From contig CAWFGE010000021.1 in NCBI GenBank assembly GCA_963815195.1, forward strand, positions 128,001 to 192,000: a stretch of 64,000 bases of DNA. Reading direction: 5' to 3'. The notes beneath the pieces were generated by a model. That model did no database searches, was not told where the DNA came from, and worked only from the letters and a program-made list of their open reading frames with translations. Origin of the DNA: an uncultured Planctomycetaceae bacterium (lineage in GTDB: Bacteria > Planctomycetota > Planctomycetia > Planctomycetales > Planctomycetaceae). Shown here piece after piece: positions 28,783 to 39,784 of this stretch. The position numbers were made by a program, and so were the translations under genes. Numbering within the stretch: position 1 is the first letter of the stretch; each line of letters begins with the position of its first letter.

Positions 28783-30057
28783 ATGAAACTGAAATCCGCT
28801 CTGATCGTCGCCTTCTTGTTTTGCCTGTTCGGTCAGGTTTTGAAAGCCGAGGCTCCGTTCAACTGGCCGCGGTGGCGCGGGCCTCAAGACAGCGGTAGCA
28901 TCGACAAGGGTAGCTATCCCGTCGAATGGAAGGCGGACCAGGTGCTTTGGAAGGCCGAACTCACCGGCAAAGGCTGCTCGACGCCCATTGTCTGGAACCA
29001 GCGAATCTATGTCACCACGCCTATCCAAGGGGAGGATGCCTTGGTCGCATTGGATGCTTCGGGAAAACAGATCTGGCAGGTCCAGTTCGGCAAGGAGAAC
29101 CCGGGCAAACACCGCAACGGCTCGGGCTGCAATGCGTCGCCTGTCACCGATGGCGAGGCAGTCTTCGTCTATTTCAAAAGCGGAGCCTTTGCGGCCGTCA
29201 ACTTGGATGGAACGATCCGCTGGCAGACGAATCTCGTGGAGCGGTTCGGACCCGACACGCTGTTTTGGGATCACGGGACGTCGCCCGTCTTGACGGAGCA
29301 GTTTGTCGTGATGGCGAGAATGCATCACGGAGAATCCTGGCTGGCCGCCTTCGACAAAGCCACCGGCGAGATGAAATGGAAGGTGCCCCGGAACTACAAG
29401 ACGCCCACGGAAGGCGATCACGGCTATTCCACGCCTCTGGTGCTCAAGCACAAAGGGAAGGAAGGCCTCTTGGTTTGGGGCGCTCAGCACCTGACATTTC
29501 ATGATGCGGCCGACGGCAACGTCTTATGGACCTGCGGCGGGTTCAATCCGGAGTCGAACGCGCTTTGGCCTTCGATTGCCACGCCGGTCGTGTGCGGAGA
29601 CATCGCCGTCATCGCCTTCGGGCGCAACGACCGCGGGATTCCCCGGCTGCACGGGATTCGGCTCGGCGGCGAGGGCGATGTGACGGAGACGCACCGCATT
29701 TGGAAGCGCACCGACATCGGGACGTTTGTGCCGACACCCGTCGCCTACAAAGGGAAAGTTTATTTGCTCGGAGACAAGGGGGACATTCACTGCCTGGACC
29801 CGGCCACCGGAAAAACCGTGTGGAGCGATGCCTTCCCCAAACACCGCGCGAAGTTCTATAGCTCGCCGCTTATTGCGGGCGGCCGGCTTTACGCGCCCCG
29901 CGAAGACGGCGTCGTGTTGGTGGCGGATGTGGAAAACGGCTTTCAGCTCCTCGCGGAAAATCCGATGGGAGAATCGATCATCGCTTCACCCGTCGCCGAT
30001 GCGGATCGGCTCCTGTTCCGCGGAATCCACCATCTCTATTGCGTCTCGGACAAATAA
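28783..30057 (+). CDS. Secreted PQQ-like (BamB-type) beta-propeller protein
   Basis: Signal peptide, NWPRWRGP, STPIV, GKQIW, SPVTDG, TGEMKW, SSPLIA repeats. Confidence 0.88.
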   Translation: MKLKSALIVAFLFCLFGQVLKAEAPFNWPRWRGPQDSGSIDKGSYPVEWKADQVLWKAELTGKGCSTPIVWNQRIYVTTPIQGEDALVALDASGKQIWQVQFGKENPGKHRNGSGCNASPVTDGEAVFVYFKSGAFAAVNLDGTIRWQTNLVERFGPDTLFWDHGTSPVLTEQFVVMARMHHGESWLAAFDKATGEMKWKVPRNYKTPTEGDHGYSTPLVLKHKGKEGLLVWGAQHLTFHDAADGNVLWTCGGFNPESNALWPSIATPVVCGDIAVIAFGRNDRGIPRLHGIRLGGEGDVTETHRIWKRTDIGTFVPTPVAYKGKVYLLGDKGDIHCLDPATGKTVWSDAFPKHRAKFYSSPLIAGGRLYAPREDGVVLVADVENGFQLLAENPMGESIIASPVADADRLLFRGIHHLYCVSDK

Positions 30058-30080
30058 CCCGTCCGCAATGAGGCGGCGGG

Positions 30081-31970
30081 TCACTCCGCGGGCGGGGTCC
30101 AGTCGGCGGAGTTCTTCTTGCGCCGCGAGGGCCAGAGCCCGCCGACGAGGAACACGCCGGCTGCGAACGCGCAGCAGCCGGCGAACCAGTCGCCGAACTT
30201 CACATACAGGCTTTCGCGGTTGTCCAGCGGAATGTCGTGGACCAGCACCGCGTTGAGTTGCTTGTGATACTGTCCCGTCTTGGGATCACGCATCGAATCC
30301 CGGTCCTGGTCGTCGCTGTCGTAATACAGGGTCGGCTCGACGACCACGCCGTCGCCGTCCACAAACGCCGAGATGCCCGTGTTCGCTGCCCGCGCCAAAG
30401 GCGTCCTGCACTCCACCGCGCGGAATTGGGCGGTGATGAGATGCTGGTCGAGCTCGCTCGATCCGTGAAACCAGCCGTCGTTCGTCAAAACCACGAGACA
30501 ATCCACCGGCCGATCTTTGCTCGCGGCCGATTTGACAACCCCCCGCACCAGATGCGGCACCGTGTCTTCGTAACAGATCAGCGGGGCGATTCGATACTGC
30601 CCCAAGGGGAAGATCGACGCCGAGGTTCCCGCGGCAATGCCGAAGCCTTCGGTGAACGGCGTCAGCGACCGCAGCCAGGGCAGCTCCTCGCGGAAGGGAA
30701 TGTACTCACCGAACACGACGCGGTGCATTTTGTCGTATCGACCGGTGAGTCCCAGCCCTTGCTCGACGAAGGCCGCGGAGTTGTAGGCCTCGACGCCGGT
30801 TTGATCCGCGACGACGGCATCCACGCCGATCAAAAGCGACGCCCCCGCCTGATTGCTCAATCGCGCGAGCAACGCTTGCGACTGTCCCGACCGCCAATGC
30901 TTCGGTTCGACGCCGGGCGCCATCCGCAAAAGGTCGGTCTCCGACAGGTTCTTGTCCGCGACGAACAGCGGATTGCGGTACATGGTCTCGGGCCAGACGA
31001 TCAAGTCGGGCCGATGTCCCAGTTTGACGGCCTTGCCCGTCAAGCGGTAATGGGTCTCGACAATCTGCCCGGCTTCTCGCGGGTCGTGCTTGAGGCTGGC
31101 GGTGAAGTTGCCTTGAATCAAAGCGATCCGCGGACCGGCTTGGAAGTCCGCCTGGCTCCGCCGGACAAATCCGTACACGACCACCGCCCCGAAGAATAGC
31201 AGCGCCACGAGCACCGGCACAAAGGGCCGGCGGCTGGTTTGCACATGGGCGTTGTCCCCGGCATCGGGCGGCAAGAGTCGCAGGCGGGCGAACACGGCGA
31301 GCGGAACCAGACCCGCAAGCGCCGCCGCGGACATCGCCATCAGGAAGCTCACGCCATAGGCCCCGGTGATGTCGCTGATTTGGATCAGTTCCACAAAGCG
31401 GTATTGGGAATGCCCCAGGTAATACCAGGCAAACCCCGTCGAGAGGTGGGCTTTCAGATATTCCCCCGCCACCCACGCCGCGGGAAACGCGAGCGTCATC
31501 GGCACGTGATACCGATGCACCGCCACCCGCGACAGCCAGACGCACGCTGGCATATACATCGCCAAATGCGCGGAGAGGGCCAGCCAGGCCAGATACATCG
31601 CCGGGTCGCCCAGCCGCATCCACTGGATCGCGGGCACATAAAACGCGAGGCCCCCGACGTAAAGCGCGAAATACATCCCGCGGGTCCGCTCTTGGATGCG
31701 GACCAGGAGCAAAATTGGCACGACGGCCACCCACGCCAACGGTCCCAAATCCAAAGGCGGATAACTCGCCCACAACATCCCCGCCGTCAACAGAGACAAC
31801 GCCCAAGCCCCCCGCGCAGGCGCCCGCAACGGCGTGGACCGGGCCGCCTCGATGATTTGCTCCACCGTCAAATCCCCGGATTTCGGTTTGGAAGGCGAGG
31901 CGGCAGCGGTGGAGGAAACCGAGGTCGGCGACGAGGCAGGCATAAGATCAGTTGGCATGGGTCGGTCCAT
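30081..31970 (-). CDS. lnt: Apolipoprotein N-acyltransferase
   Basis: Multiple TM helices, [51 protein letters not shown]. Confidence 0.95.
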   Translation of the reverse strand: MDRPMPTDLMPASSPTSVSSTAAASPSKPKSGDLTVEQIIEAARSTPLRAPARGAWALSLLTAGMLWASYPPLDLGPLAWVAVVPILLLVRIQERTRGMYFALYVGGLAFYVPAIQWMRLGDPAMYLAWLALSAHLAMYMPACVWLSRVAVHRYHVPMTLAFPAAWVAGEYLKAHLSTGFAWYYLGHSQYRFVELIQISDITGAYGVSFLMAMSAAALAGLVPLAVFARLRLLPPDAGDNAHVQTSRRPFVPVLVALLFFGAVVVYGFVRRSQADFQAGPRIALIQGNFTASLKHDPREAGQIVETHYRLTGKAVKLGHRPDLIVWPETMYRNPLFVADKNLSETDLLRMAPGVEPKHWRSGQSQALLARLSNQAGASLLIGVDAVVADQTGVEAYNSAAFVEQGLGLTGRYDKMHRVVFGEYIPFREELPWLRSLTPFTEGFGIAAGTSASIFPLGQYRIAPLICYEDTVPHLVRGVVKSAASKDRPVDCLVVLTNDGWFHGSSELDQHLITAQFRAVECRTPLARAANTGISAFVDGDGVVVEPTLYYDSDDQDRDSMRDPKTGQYHKQLNAVLVHDIPLDNRESLYVKFGDWFAGCCAFAAGVFLVGGLWPSRRKKNSADWTPPAE

Positions 31971-32088
31971 CCGTGGACGAAGGGAAGTGAGGTTCGCTGG
32001 CTCCGCGATGACCGACCTGGATTCATTCGCCCCAGGGCGCTCGCCCCGGTTCAGCGGATTCTCCGGGCCGGTTCAGTGAATTGTCGGT

Positions 32089-33300
32089 TTACCACGGAAT
32101 TACGTCAATCCAAGTTCCGGCGGGATAAGTGGTTTCGCCCGCGGGAAACACGGCCATCGCGCCCGCGTCCACCGTGGCCCGCAAATCCGCGGAACCCATC
32201 CAGGGGATCAATTTGACCCTCGTCCCCTCTTCCGACCACGACAGTTGGGCGGGATGATACACCGGCCGGTCCCCGCGGTTGGCGAAATTCTCTTTCAGAA
32301 CCGCTTTGACAGATTGGGGTTGCGGCGATTGATCGCCCAGCAGTTTTCGTAAGACCGGCCGAGCAAACAGCTCGAAACAGACCATGCTGCTCACCGGATT
32401 GCCGGGCAGCCCGAAGACCAGGCAGGGGGAATCGCCGGCTTCGCGGACGCCGAACCACACTGGCTTTCCCGGCTTGACGTTGACTTTGTGAAAGATTTCC
32501 TTCACGCCCGCGCTTGCCAGTTCGGAAGGCACCAAGTCCAGCGTGCCCGCCGAGACTCCGCCGGAGAGGATCAGCACATCGCATCCGAGCCCGGCTTGGA
32601 TTTTCCCAGCGAGATGGGACCGCTCGTCTTTCGCGATGCCGAGTTTTTCCGCAACTCCTCCCGCCCGCGCGATTTGCGCCGCGAGCATGGTTTCGTTGGA
32701 ATTGCGAATCTGCCCCGACCTCGGCGTTTCCGAGACGGGAACCAGTTCATCTCCCGTCGCCAACACCGCCACCCGCGGCCGCCGGCGGACCGCGATTTCC
32801 GCCCGGCCCAGTTCCGCCAGGACGCCCAGTTCCTGCGGCCGAAGCTCGCGACCGGCTTTGAGGATGGTTTCCCCCTTCCGCATTGCCGCCCCTTTTCGCA
32901 GGATGCTCTCGCCGGGCGAGATTTGAGAAATCGCAAACCGCACTTTTTTGCCTTCCGCATCCATCTCGGCATCTTCGATACGGACCACGGCATCGGCCCC
33001 GGCGGGAATCGGAGCCCCCGTCATAATCCTTGTCGTAGTCCAGGTTTGCAGCGATTGCGTCGGCACTTGGCCGGCGGTGATGACCTCCAAAATCCGAAAT
33101 TCCGCCCCGGCGGTGACATCGGCACTCCGCACCGCGAAGCCGTCCATCAAGGCCTTATCGAACGGCGGCGAGTCGATGTCGCTCAAAACATCCTCCGCCA
33201 GCACCAGCCCGAGCGTTTCATCGAGCGCCATCCGCACCGGCGAAAACGGCACCGCCCGCGCCAAACACAACTCCAACGCTTCGCTCACGCTAATCATCAA
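32089..33300 (-). CDS. moeA: Molybdopterin molybdotransferase MoeA
   Basis: PPFDKALMDGFAV, IMTGAPIP, ATGDEL, IRNSN, SGGVSAG, KPGKP, GLPGNPVS. Confidence 0.95.
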   Translation of the reverse strand: MMISVSEALELCLARAVPFSPVRMALDETLGLVLAEDVLSDIDSPPFDKALMDGFAVRSADVTAGAEFRILEVITAGQVPTQSLQTWTTTRIMTGAPIPAGADAVVRIEDAEMDAEGKKVRFAISQISPGESILRKGAAMRKGETILKAGRELRPQELGVLAELGRAEIAVRRRPRVAVLATGDELVPVSETPRSGQIRNSNETMLAAQIARAGGVAEKLGIAKDERSHLAGKIQAGLGCDVLILSGGVSAGTLDLVPSELASAGVKEIFHKVNVKPGKPVWFGVREAGDSPCLVFGLPGNPVSSMVCFELFARPVLRKLLGDQSPQPQSVKAVLKENFANRGDRPVYHPAQLSWSEEGTRVKLIPWMGSADLRATVDAGAMAVFPAGETTYPAGTWIDVIPW

Positions 33301-34460
33301 TCGCCTCGTTGCTTCAAAATCTCTTGATACACCTCGCGGATGCGGCGGGTCATGGTTTGATGGCGGAACTGGTCGGTGAATCGCTCCCGGCCGGTTTGGC
33401 CCAGGCGTTGGCGAAGCCCGGCGTCGTCGGCGAGCTCGCGGAAGGCTTCGATCATCGCCTCGACATCGCGGGGCGGGAGGAGATAGCCCGTCTCGCCCGG
33501 AATCGCCACCTCGCGGGCCCCGTCCACATCATACGTGACGATCGGCTTTCCCGAAATGAGAGCCTGCGGCAACACGCGGGCCAGGCCTTCCCGCAGACTC
33601 GCATGGACCACAATATCCATCGCCCCCAAGAGCTCGGGAACCTCTCCGGGCGGCACCAGCCCCGTGAACACGAACCGTTCGCTTAACCCGGCCGCGGCAA
33701 TCTCTTTTTCATAAGCCTGCCGCAAAATCCCGTCGCCCACGAACAGGAACTTGATCCGCGGGTGCTCCGCACAGACGGTTCTGGCGGCGGCGATCACATC
33801 ATCATGTCCCTTCAGATGAAACAGCCGGGCGATCTTGCCGATGACGATGTCCTCGGCCTTAAATCCCAACTCTCGCCGGACCGTTTCGCGATCTTTGGGT
33901 GGATCGAGAAAGGACTCGACCTCCATGCCGCTGTAGATGGTGATGTATTGCTCCGGCCGGCCGACGCCAGCGGCGAGGTAATGGGCGGTCATGGCATCGG
34001 CGACGCTGATGAGCCGTTCGCACCGCCGGGCCGCCCAGCGCTCGGCCGCGATGTAAATCCGGTTCACGAAAGCGTTTTGGTACGGATGAAATGAGGCCCC
34101 GTGGATGGTGTGCACCGCGGGGATGCCGAGCTTCGCCGCCGCCGCCCGGCCGAGGATGCCCGCTTTGGAGCTGTGGGTATGCACGATGTCGGGTTTTATG
34201 TCTTTGAGCAGCCGGATCAAGCCGCGATAGCTGGCGCAATCTTTTAGCGGGGCGATGTTCCGCCGGAGTTCGGGCAGAACCCGCATGTCCAAGCCGCCGG
34301 CTCGGGCCCGGTCTTCCAAGCTGCCCTCCGGTCCCAAGCCCGGCCCGGTGATCAGCGTGACCTCGTCCTGATAGTCCCGCACCTCATCTTCCACCGTCAA
34401 GAGCGTATTCTCCTGGGCTCCGCCGATGATCAGTCTCGTAATGAAATGCACAACACGCAT
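33297..34460 (-). CDS. Glycosyltransferase family 4
   Basis: HFITRLIIGGAQ, DIVHTHSSKAG, HTIHG, ARLFHLKG, SLREGLARVLPQAL. Confidence 0.92.
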   Translation of the reverse strand: MRVVHFITRLIIGGAQENTLLTVEDEVRDYQDEVTLITGPGLGPEGSLEDRARAGGLDMRVLPELRRNIAPLKDCASYRGLIRLLKDIKPDIVHTHSSKAGILGRAAAAKLGIPAVHTIHGASFHPYQNAFVNRIYIAAERWAARRCERLISVADAMTAHYLAAGVGRPEQYITIYSGMEVESFLDPPKDRETVRRELGFKAEDIVIGKIARLFHLKGHDDVIAAARTVCAEHPRIKFLFVGDGILRQAYEKEIAAAGLSERFVFTGLVPPGEVPELLGAMDIVVHASLREGLARVLPQALISGKPIVTYDVDGAREVAIPGETGYLLPPRDVEAMIEAFRELADDAGLRQRLGQTGRERFTDQFRHQTMTRRIREVYQEILKQRGD

Positions 34461-34657
34461 GGCGAGCGTGGGGCGTCAGCCCCATGATAACTCCATGTTA
34501 AAATGTCTCCCTGGCACAAAAATCGAATCGATTTCAACAGAATCTATTCGACGAAGATCAATCGATGGCGGCGAAGATCAGTCTCTATTCCACGACGATC
34601 GATCTCTATTCCACGAAATCATGGGGCTGACGCCCGGGCTGACGCCCCACGCTCGCC
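34461..34657. repeat. REPIN-like inverted doublet, family A copy 3
   Basis: GGCGAGCGTGGGGCGTCAGCCCCATGAT (34461-34488) pairs with ATCATGGGGCTGACGCCC[GGGCTGACGCCC]CACGCTCGCC (34618-34657). The spacer holds a TCTCTATTCCACGA direct repeat. Confidence 0.85.
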
Positions 34658-34772
34658 TTATCGTAATCTCTGACGTAGGAAAAATCTCTTAAACAAATTT
34701 CAAAAATCGGCGGGTCTTTAGGGTAGCGGGAGATTTGGGTGGCTCAATCACCGAACCGAAATAAAACCGAAA

Positions 34773-36023
34773 ATGGACGAAACCCCGTCGGGATTTTTTC
34801 AGAAATATCTGCCTGACAGCAAACCGAACGACCCCGAACGCGTGCCGCAGGTCGTGGAGGCGATTCTCACGGCCGCGCGGGATGCGGGCACGAGCGATGT
34901 CCATCTCCGGCCCACCGCCGACAAGCTGGAAATGGTCTGGCGATTGGATGGGGTTTTGCAGCCGGTGGCGGTGTTTCCGCGGGAGTTGGGGCCTCAGATC
35001 GTGGCCCGGCTGAAAGTGCTGGCGGAGCTTTTGACCTACCGCTGCGATATGCCGCAGGAAGGGCGGATCCGCTCCGCGAGCACAGTCTCCCCCCACACGA
35101 TCCCCGGCGAGCAAGATGTCGAAACCCGCCTGAGCACGTTTCCCACGCTGTTCGGCGAGAAAGCCGTGCTGCGGTTGTTCGTCGGCTCCGGCAAATACCG
35201 CCGGCTTGGGGAGCTGGGTCTCCATGAGGATGTGCTGCCCAAGCTTCGCGCGTTGTTGGAAGAGACCAGCGGCGTGATTTTGCTCACCGGACCGGCCGGC
35301 AGCGGAAAGACGACGACGATTTACGCCTCTCTGCGGGAGATCGACCAGCAATCGGGTGGCGGGCGGAGCCTGGTTTCGCTTGAAGATCCGATCGAAGTCG
35401 TCGTGCCGGGCGTCGATCAGTCGCAGGTGCATCCGTCGTCGGGATTTGACATGGCGATCGGTCTCAAATCGCTCTTACGGCAGGATCCGGATGTGCTGAT
35501 GGTCGGCGAAATCCGCGATGCGGAGACCGCGGAGACCGTGTTCCAGGCGTCGCTCACCGGGCATCTCGTGTTGACGACGTTCCACGCCGGCAGCAGCGCC
35601 CAAGCCGTCAGCCGGCTGGGCGACATGGGCATCGAACCTTATTTGCTGCACAGCGGGCTCTTGGCCATTGTCTGCCAGCGGCTCTTGCGGCGGTTGTGCG
35701 AATGTGCCCGCGAATCGCAAGAGCCCCGCGACCTGTTGGGCCTGCCTTTGGAGAGCGTGCGTGTTCCCGTGGGCTGCCCGAACTGCCGGGGCACGGGCTA
35801 CCGGGGCCGATTTGTGATCGCCGAGTTGCTGTTGCCTCAATTGGGCGAAATCGGCGAAGGGATTTTGGTGAACAGTAACGCCCGCAGGCTGGAGGAACTC
35901 GCCATTGAAGCCGGGATGGTCAGCCAATGGGACCGCGGACTGAAAGCCGCCCGAACCGGCCAAACCAGCCCGCACGAACTCCGCCGGGTCCTGGGCGTCG
36001 GGAAAGGCGAGCGGGGGGCGTAA
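34773..36023 (+). CDS. GspE/PilB-family secretion ATPase, short form without an N-terminal extension
   Basis: SDVHL, RLDGVL, PQEGRI, GEKAVLR, Walker A GPAGSGKT, LEDPIE, LRQDPDVLMVGEIRD, TGHLVLTTFH, Zn motif LCEC...GCPNC...GYRGR. Confidence 0.93.
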   Translation: MDETPSGFFQKYLPDSKPNDPERVPQVVEAILTAARDAGTSDVHLRPTADKLEMVWRLDGVLQPVAVFPRELGPQIVARLKVLAELLTYRCDMPQEGRIRSASTVSPHTIPGEQDVETRLSTFPTLFGEKAVLRLFVGSGKYRRLGELGLHEDVLPKLRALLEETSGVILLTGPAGSGKTTTIYASLREIDQQSGGGRSLVSLEDPIEVVVPGVDQSQVHPSSGFDMAIGLKSLLRQDPDVLMVGEIRDAETAETVFQASLTGHLVLTTFHAGSSAQAVSRLGDMGIEPYLLHSGLLAIVCQRLLRRLCECARESQEPRDLLGLPLESVRVPVGCPNCRGTGYRGRFVIAELLLPQLGEIGEGILVNSNARRLEELAIEAGMVSQWDRGLKAARTGQTSPHELRRVLGVGKGERGA

Positions 36024-36157
36024 GCCCCCTGGTGATGTGGAACCAAAAATTCGTCATGAAGAGAGACAAAAAATGTCTCGCCTGAAAAACGGAAACTGAT
36101 TCAAACAATCGGGAGTAACCAGGGGGCTGACGCCCGGGCTGACGCCCCCCGCTCGCC
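36006..36157. repeat. REPIN-like inverted doublet, family A copy 4
   Basis: GGCGAGCGGGGGGCGTAAGCCCCCTGGT (36006-36033) pairs with ACCAGGGGGCTGACGCCC[GGGCTGACGCCC]CCCGCTCGCC (36118-36157). Confidence 0.85.
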
Positions 36158-36180
36158 TTGATTTTAATTCAAGCAACATC

Positions 36181-37260
36181 ATGCCCACGAAGCCAAATCA
36201 TCAAACATCCAAAATCACGCTTGAGGAACTCGTGGCCCTCAATGACGAGATTGTTGCGCTCGTGCGGGCGGGGGTGCCTTTGGAGTTGGGGCTGGCGGAA
36301 TTGGGCGAGGACCGGGCGGGGACGCTGGGCCGGCTCAGTTCGCGGTTGGCGGCCCGTTTGAGCCGGGGCGAAACGCTGCCCGAAGCGATGGCCCAGGAAG
36401 ACGTGGGCTTGCCGTTTTCCTACCGGGTCGTCGTGGAAGCGGGCCTCAAGGCGGGCCGGCTGACGGTGGCGCTCGAAGGCGTTTCGGAGATGGCCGGGAA
36501 AATGGCCGATCTCCGCCGGCGAATCGGGCTGGCGATGGTCTACCCGCTGATCGTGCTGATGCTGGCTTATGGACTCTTTTTGCTGTTCTGCATGTATCTG
36601 GCGCCGAAGTTGAAAGACGTGTTCGACACCTTCGGCCTCGATGCGAGTTTCGTGCTGGATTGGCTGACCATGTGCGGCCGGACCGTCACCTGGTGGGGCT
36701 GGATCCTGCCCGTGACGGTGGCCGGGTTGATCTTGTGGTGGAAGAAGACCGGCGGTCGCAAGTTTCTGACCGGCGGCATCCCGGCAAACCTCGCTTTCTG
36801 GTGCCCGGGCGTCAGGCGGATTGCGAAGTTCTATCGCTACGCCCAGTTCGCCGACTTGTTGGCGTTGTTGATCGAACACGACGTGCCGTTCTCGGATGCG
36901 ATCGTGCTCGCAGCGGATACCACGAGCGACCGCGCCATGGAAGATGCGGCCCGCGCGATCGCCGAGCTCGGTGCGCGGGGACACATCCGCTCGGGCAGCT
37001 TGCCGGGCCACGGGGGCTTTCCGCCGTTTTTGCACTGGCTCATCACCCGCCGGGAAGAGCAGACGGGCATCGTCTCGGCCCTCCGCGCGGCGGCCGACAT
37101 GTACCGCCGCCGGGCCGTGCTCCGAGCCGAGTGGATTCAAGTCGTGTTTCCGGTGCTGGCCGCGGTCCTCATCGGCGGCGGCGCCACGCTAATTTACACC
37201 GTCACCGTGTTTTACCCCGTGACGGAGCTGTTACGAAAGCTCGCGGGGCCGGCGATCTGA
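36181..37260 (+). CDS. GspF/PilC-family platform protein 1
   Basis: LVRAGVPLE, LSRGETL, AMVYP, LIEHDVP; three TM segments. Confidence 0.85.
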   Translation: MPTKPNHQTSKITLEELVALNDEIVALVRAGVPLELGLAELGEDRAGTLGRLSSRLAARLSRGETLPEAMAQEDVGLPFSYRVVVEAGLKAGRLTVALEGVSEMAGKMADLRRRIGLAMVYPLIVLMLAYGLFLLFCMYLAPKLKDVFDTFGLDASFVLDWLTMCGRTVTWWGWILPVTVAGLILWWKKTGGRKFLTGGIPANLAFWCPGVRRIAKFYRYAQFADLLALLIEHDVPFSDAIVLAADTTSDRAMEDAARAIAELGARGHIRSGSLPGHGGFPPFLHWLITRREEQTGIVSALRAAADMYRRRAVLRAEWIQVVFPVLAAVLIGGGATLIYTVTVFYPVTELLRKLAGPAI

Positions 37261-37321
37261 AGAAATCCGAATGACCGAAACGGAAAACGATCCTCACCCA
37301 AACTGACAACTGACAACTGCC

Positions 37322-38583
37322 ATGTCGGACTTTTTTTACGAAGGCGCGATGAAACCGGCCGATCCATTTCGGGCCGCATCCGGGCGATGGACGTGAAAGA
37401 CGCCATTCGCCAATTGGAGGCGAACCATTGGGAAGTGGTCTCGGTCCGCACGGTTCCGCGGGCGGCTTTGGAAGCCGACATCGATGCGGGCGACGAAGGC
37501 TCGGAGCAAAGTTCGAACGAAAAGGGCATGCCGCCGATGTCCCGGCAGGAGTCGCTGGAGCTTTTGGGGCACGTGGGCGAAGCGATGCAGTCCGGCTTGC
37601 CGCTGGTGCCGGGCCTGGCGGCTCTCGCGAAAGAACTGCCCGACGGCAAAGTCCGCCGGGGCCTGAAGGTGATGGTCGCGCAGCTCGAAGCGGGGCGGAG
37701 CCTGGAAGCGGTTTTGGAGAACCGGCACATCCCGCTCGATTTGCGCGGCCTGGTACGGGTGGGGGTCAGGAGCGGGCACACGGGCGAAGTCCTCAGCCAA
37801 TACGTCCGCCACACGCAGCACATGCACGACCTCCGCCGGCGGATGGCCTTGGCCTGGGGCTATCCGCTGGTGCTGATCCTGTCGTCGGCTGCGATCCTGT
37901 TCTTTTTCCTGTGGTATCTCGTTCCGCAGTTCGCCAAGATCTTCGAAGACTTCGGCACCGAATTGCCTGCGATGACCCAATCGCTGATCTGGATGTCGCG
38001 AGTGCTCCACGAGAATTGGGCCGTGATCGTCCTGGGGTTGTCTCTGTTGGCGTTCGTCCTGCGGTTTTTCTGGCGGCGCGTCCTGAGCGCGGCGGAGCGG
38101 CGGCGGTTTTTGTGGTGCGTGCCTCTGGCGGGGAACATGGTCCGCTCGGCGGCGATGGCGCGGTTCGCGCGGCTGTTGGCCTTGTTGATCGAAAACGATG
38201 TCCCGCTGCCCGAGGCCTTGCGGTTGGCCGGGCAAGGCAGCGCCGATGCCCAGTTGGGCGAAGCGGCGCTCGATTTGGCGGACGTGGTGGAATCGGGCCG
38301 GCCGCTCAGCCGGAAGGAGCCCGCGTGCCAGCAGTTTCCTTCGACCTTCGTGCAACTCTTGTCGCAGATGGAAGACCCTAAGCCGCGGGCGGCCGCGCTC
38401 CACACCCTGGCCGATGCCTGTTTCGCGAGCGCGCGAATGTTCGAAAGCCAGGCCCGCGTCGCCGCCGCCCGCATTACCGCGTTATGCCAGCCGTTGATCG
38501 TGATCTTCACCGGTTGCACCGTGGGCTACCTGGTGATCGCGCTGTTTATGCCGTTGGTTAAGTTGTTGAACGATCTGTCGTAA
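37322..38583 (+). CDS. GspF/PilC-family platform protein 2; probable frameshift near 37345
   Basis: SGLPL, LEAGRSL, GYPL, VPQFAKIFEDFGTELP, IALFMPL. A PilC-like N-terminus (MSDFFYEG-DETGRSISGRIRA) starts at ATG 37322 in another frame. Confidence 0.85.
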
Positions 38584-38699
38584 AGACAGCGGAGAGCCAA
38601 GAGCGGAGAGCCGGAACAAGACATTGAGGAATGGGTGCCAATCGTGCTACTTCTTGCGAATGGGAATGAGATGAAGAACTTCCTCCGGGAACCTTTGTT

Positions 38700-39770
38700 A
38701 TGAGTCCTTGGGAAAACTCGCCCCTTTTGAGCTTCGTGACAGCGGTGTTGGACGGCCGGCGCGTGATGCGGCAGAACTCGCTGCTGTGGGTGCTGGCGGT
38801 CTCCGCCGAGCAACAGCGCCCGCTGGGACCGATGCTTGCGGCGCTTGCGCGGGACGAGAGCAGCTACCATTGGAGCAACAAACTCGAAGCGCTCGTCCGG
38901 CGATTGAACGCGGGCGTGCCGCTGCCCGATGCGTTGCAGCAGGTGCCCGGCCTGTTGCCGCCGAACGTGGTGCTCGCCATCCGCGTCGGGGCGGAGACCG
39001 GCACGCTGGCGGAGACGCTCAAACAAGCCGCCAAGGAGTTCAGTGAAAAACAAGAGCAGGCGAACTTCACCTGGCAGGGCACGTTTTTGTATCTGGCGGC
39101 GGTGATGTTTGCGCTGTTTTCGGTCGCCGGCTTTGTGATGTATTACATCATTCCCAAATTCAAAAAGATCTTTGAAGACTTCGGCGTGGAACTGCCCGAA
39201 CTGACGATGTGGGTCGTCAGCGTCTCCGACGCCTTCGCCAAATACTATTGGCTGATCGTGCTCGCTTGCGGCGCGATCCTGGTCTGGCTGGCGTGGCGGT
39301 CCCGATATGGAGCGTCCGCGGGCCCGATGCGGCGGCTGTTGTTTTCGTCCGCGCGCGGCGAGGCCCCGGTCGTCCTGAGGATTCTGGCCGTGGTCGTCGA
39401 CGCCGGTCGGCCCGTCGCCGGGGCGCTGTCCACAATGGCCCGGCATCATGACAGCGCGAGTGTGCGGAACCGCCTGCTCTACGTCCGCAACGAAGTCGAG
39501 CGCGGCGGCGACGTGTGGTGCGAACTCGCCGAGGTCGGACTGCTCAGAACCTCCGAAGGCCGCATCCTCGACGCCGCCCAAAGAGCCGGCAACCTCCCCT
39601 GGGCTCTCCAGGAGGTGGCCACGAGCATCGAACGCGACATCGATTACCGCGTCATGCTGGTTTTGGAAATCCTCCGCCCCGTGTTCCTGTTGATGATGGC
39701 GGCCGTCGTCGGGATTTTCGTCATCGGCCTCTTCATGCCGCTTTTGAAACTGATCAACGACCTCTCCTGA
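38700..39770 (+). CDS. GspF/PilC-family platform protein 3
   Basis: LNAGVPLPDAL, GAETGTL, IPKFKKIFEDFGVELP, GNLPWAL, IGLFMPL. Confidence 0.87.
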   Translation: MSPWENSPLLSFVTAVLDGRRVMRQNSLLWVLAVSAEQQRPLGPMLAALARDESSYHWSNKLEALVRRLNAGVPLPDALQQVPGLLPPNVVLAIRVGAETGTLAETLKQAAKEFSEKQEQANFTWQGTFLYLAAVMFALFSVAGFVMYYIIPKFKKIFEDFGVELPELTMWVVSVSDAFAKYYWLIVLACGAILVWLAWRSRYGASAGPMRRLLFSSARGEAPVVLRILAVVVDAGRPVAGALSTMARHHDSASVRNRLLYVRNEVERGGDVWCELAEVGLLRTSEGRILDAAQRAGNLPWALQEVATSIERDIDYRVMLVLEILRPVFLLMMAAVVGIFVIGLFMPLLKLINDLS

Positions 39771-39784
39771 GCGATTTTTGAACG

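Noticed and set aside
3376..36157. CRISPR array
   Set aside because: The repeats are dispersed inverted pairs, not regularly spaced direct repeats; no cas genes.
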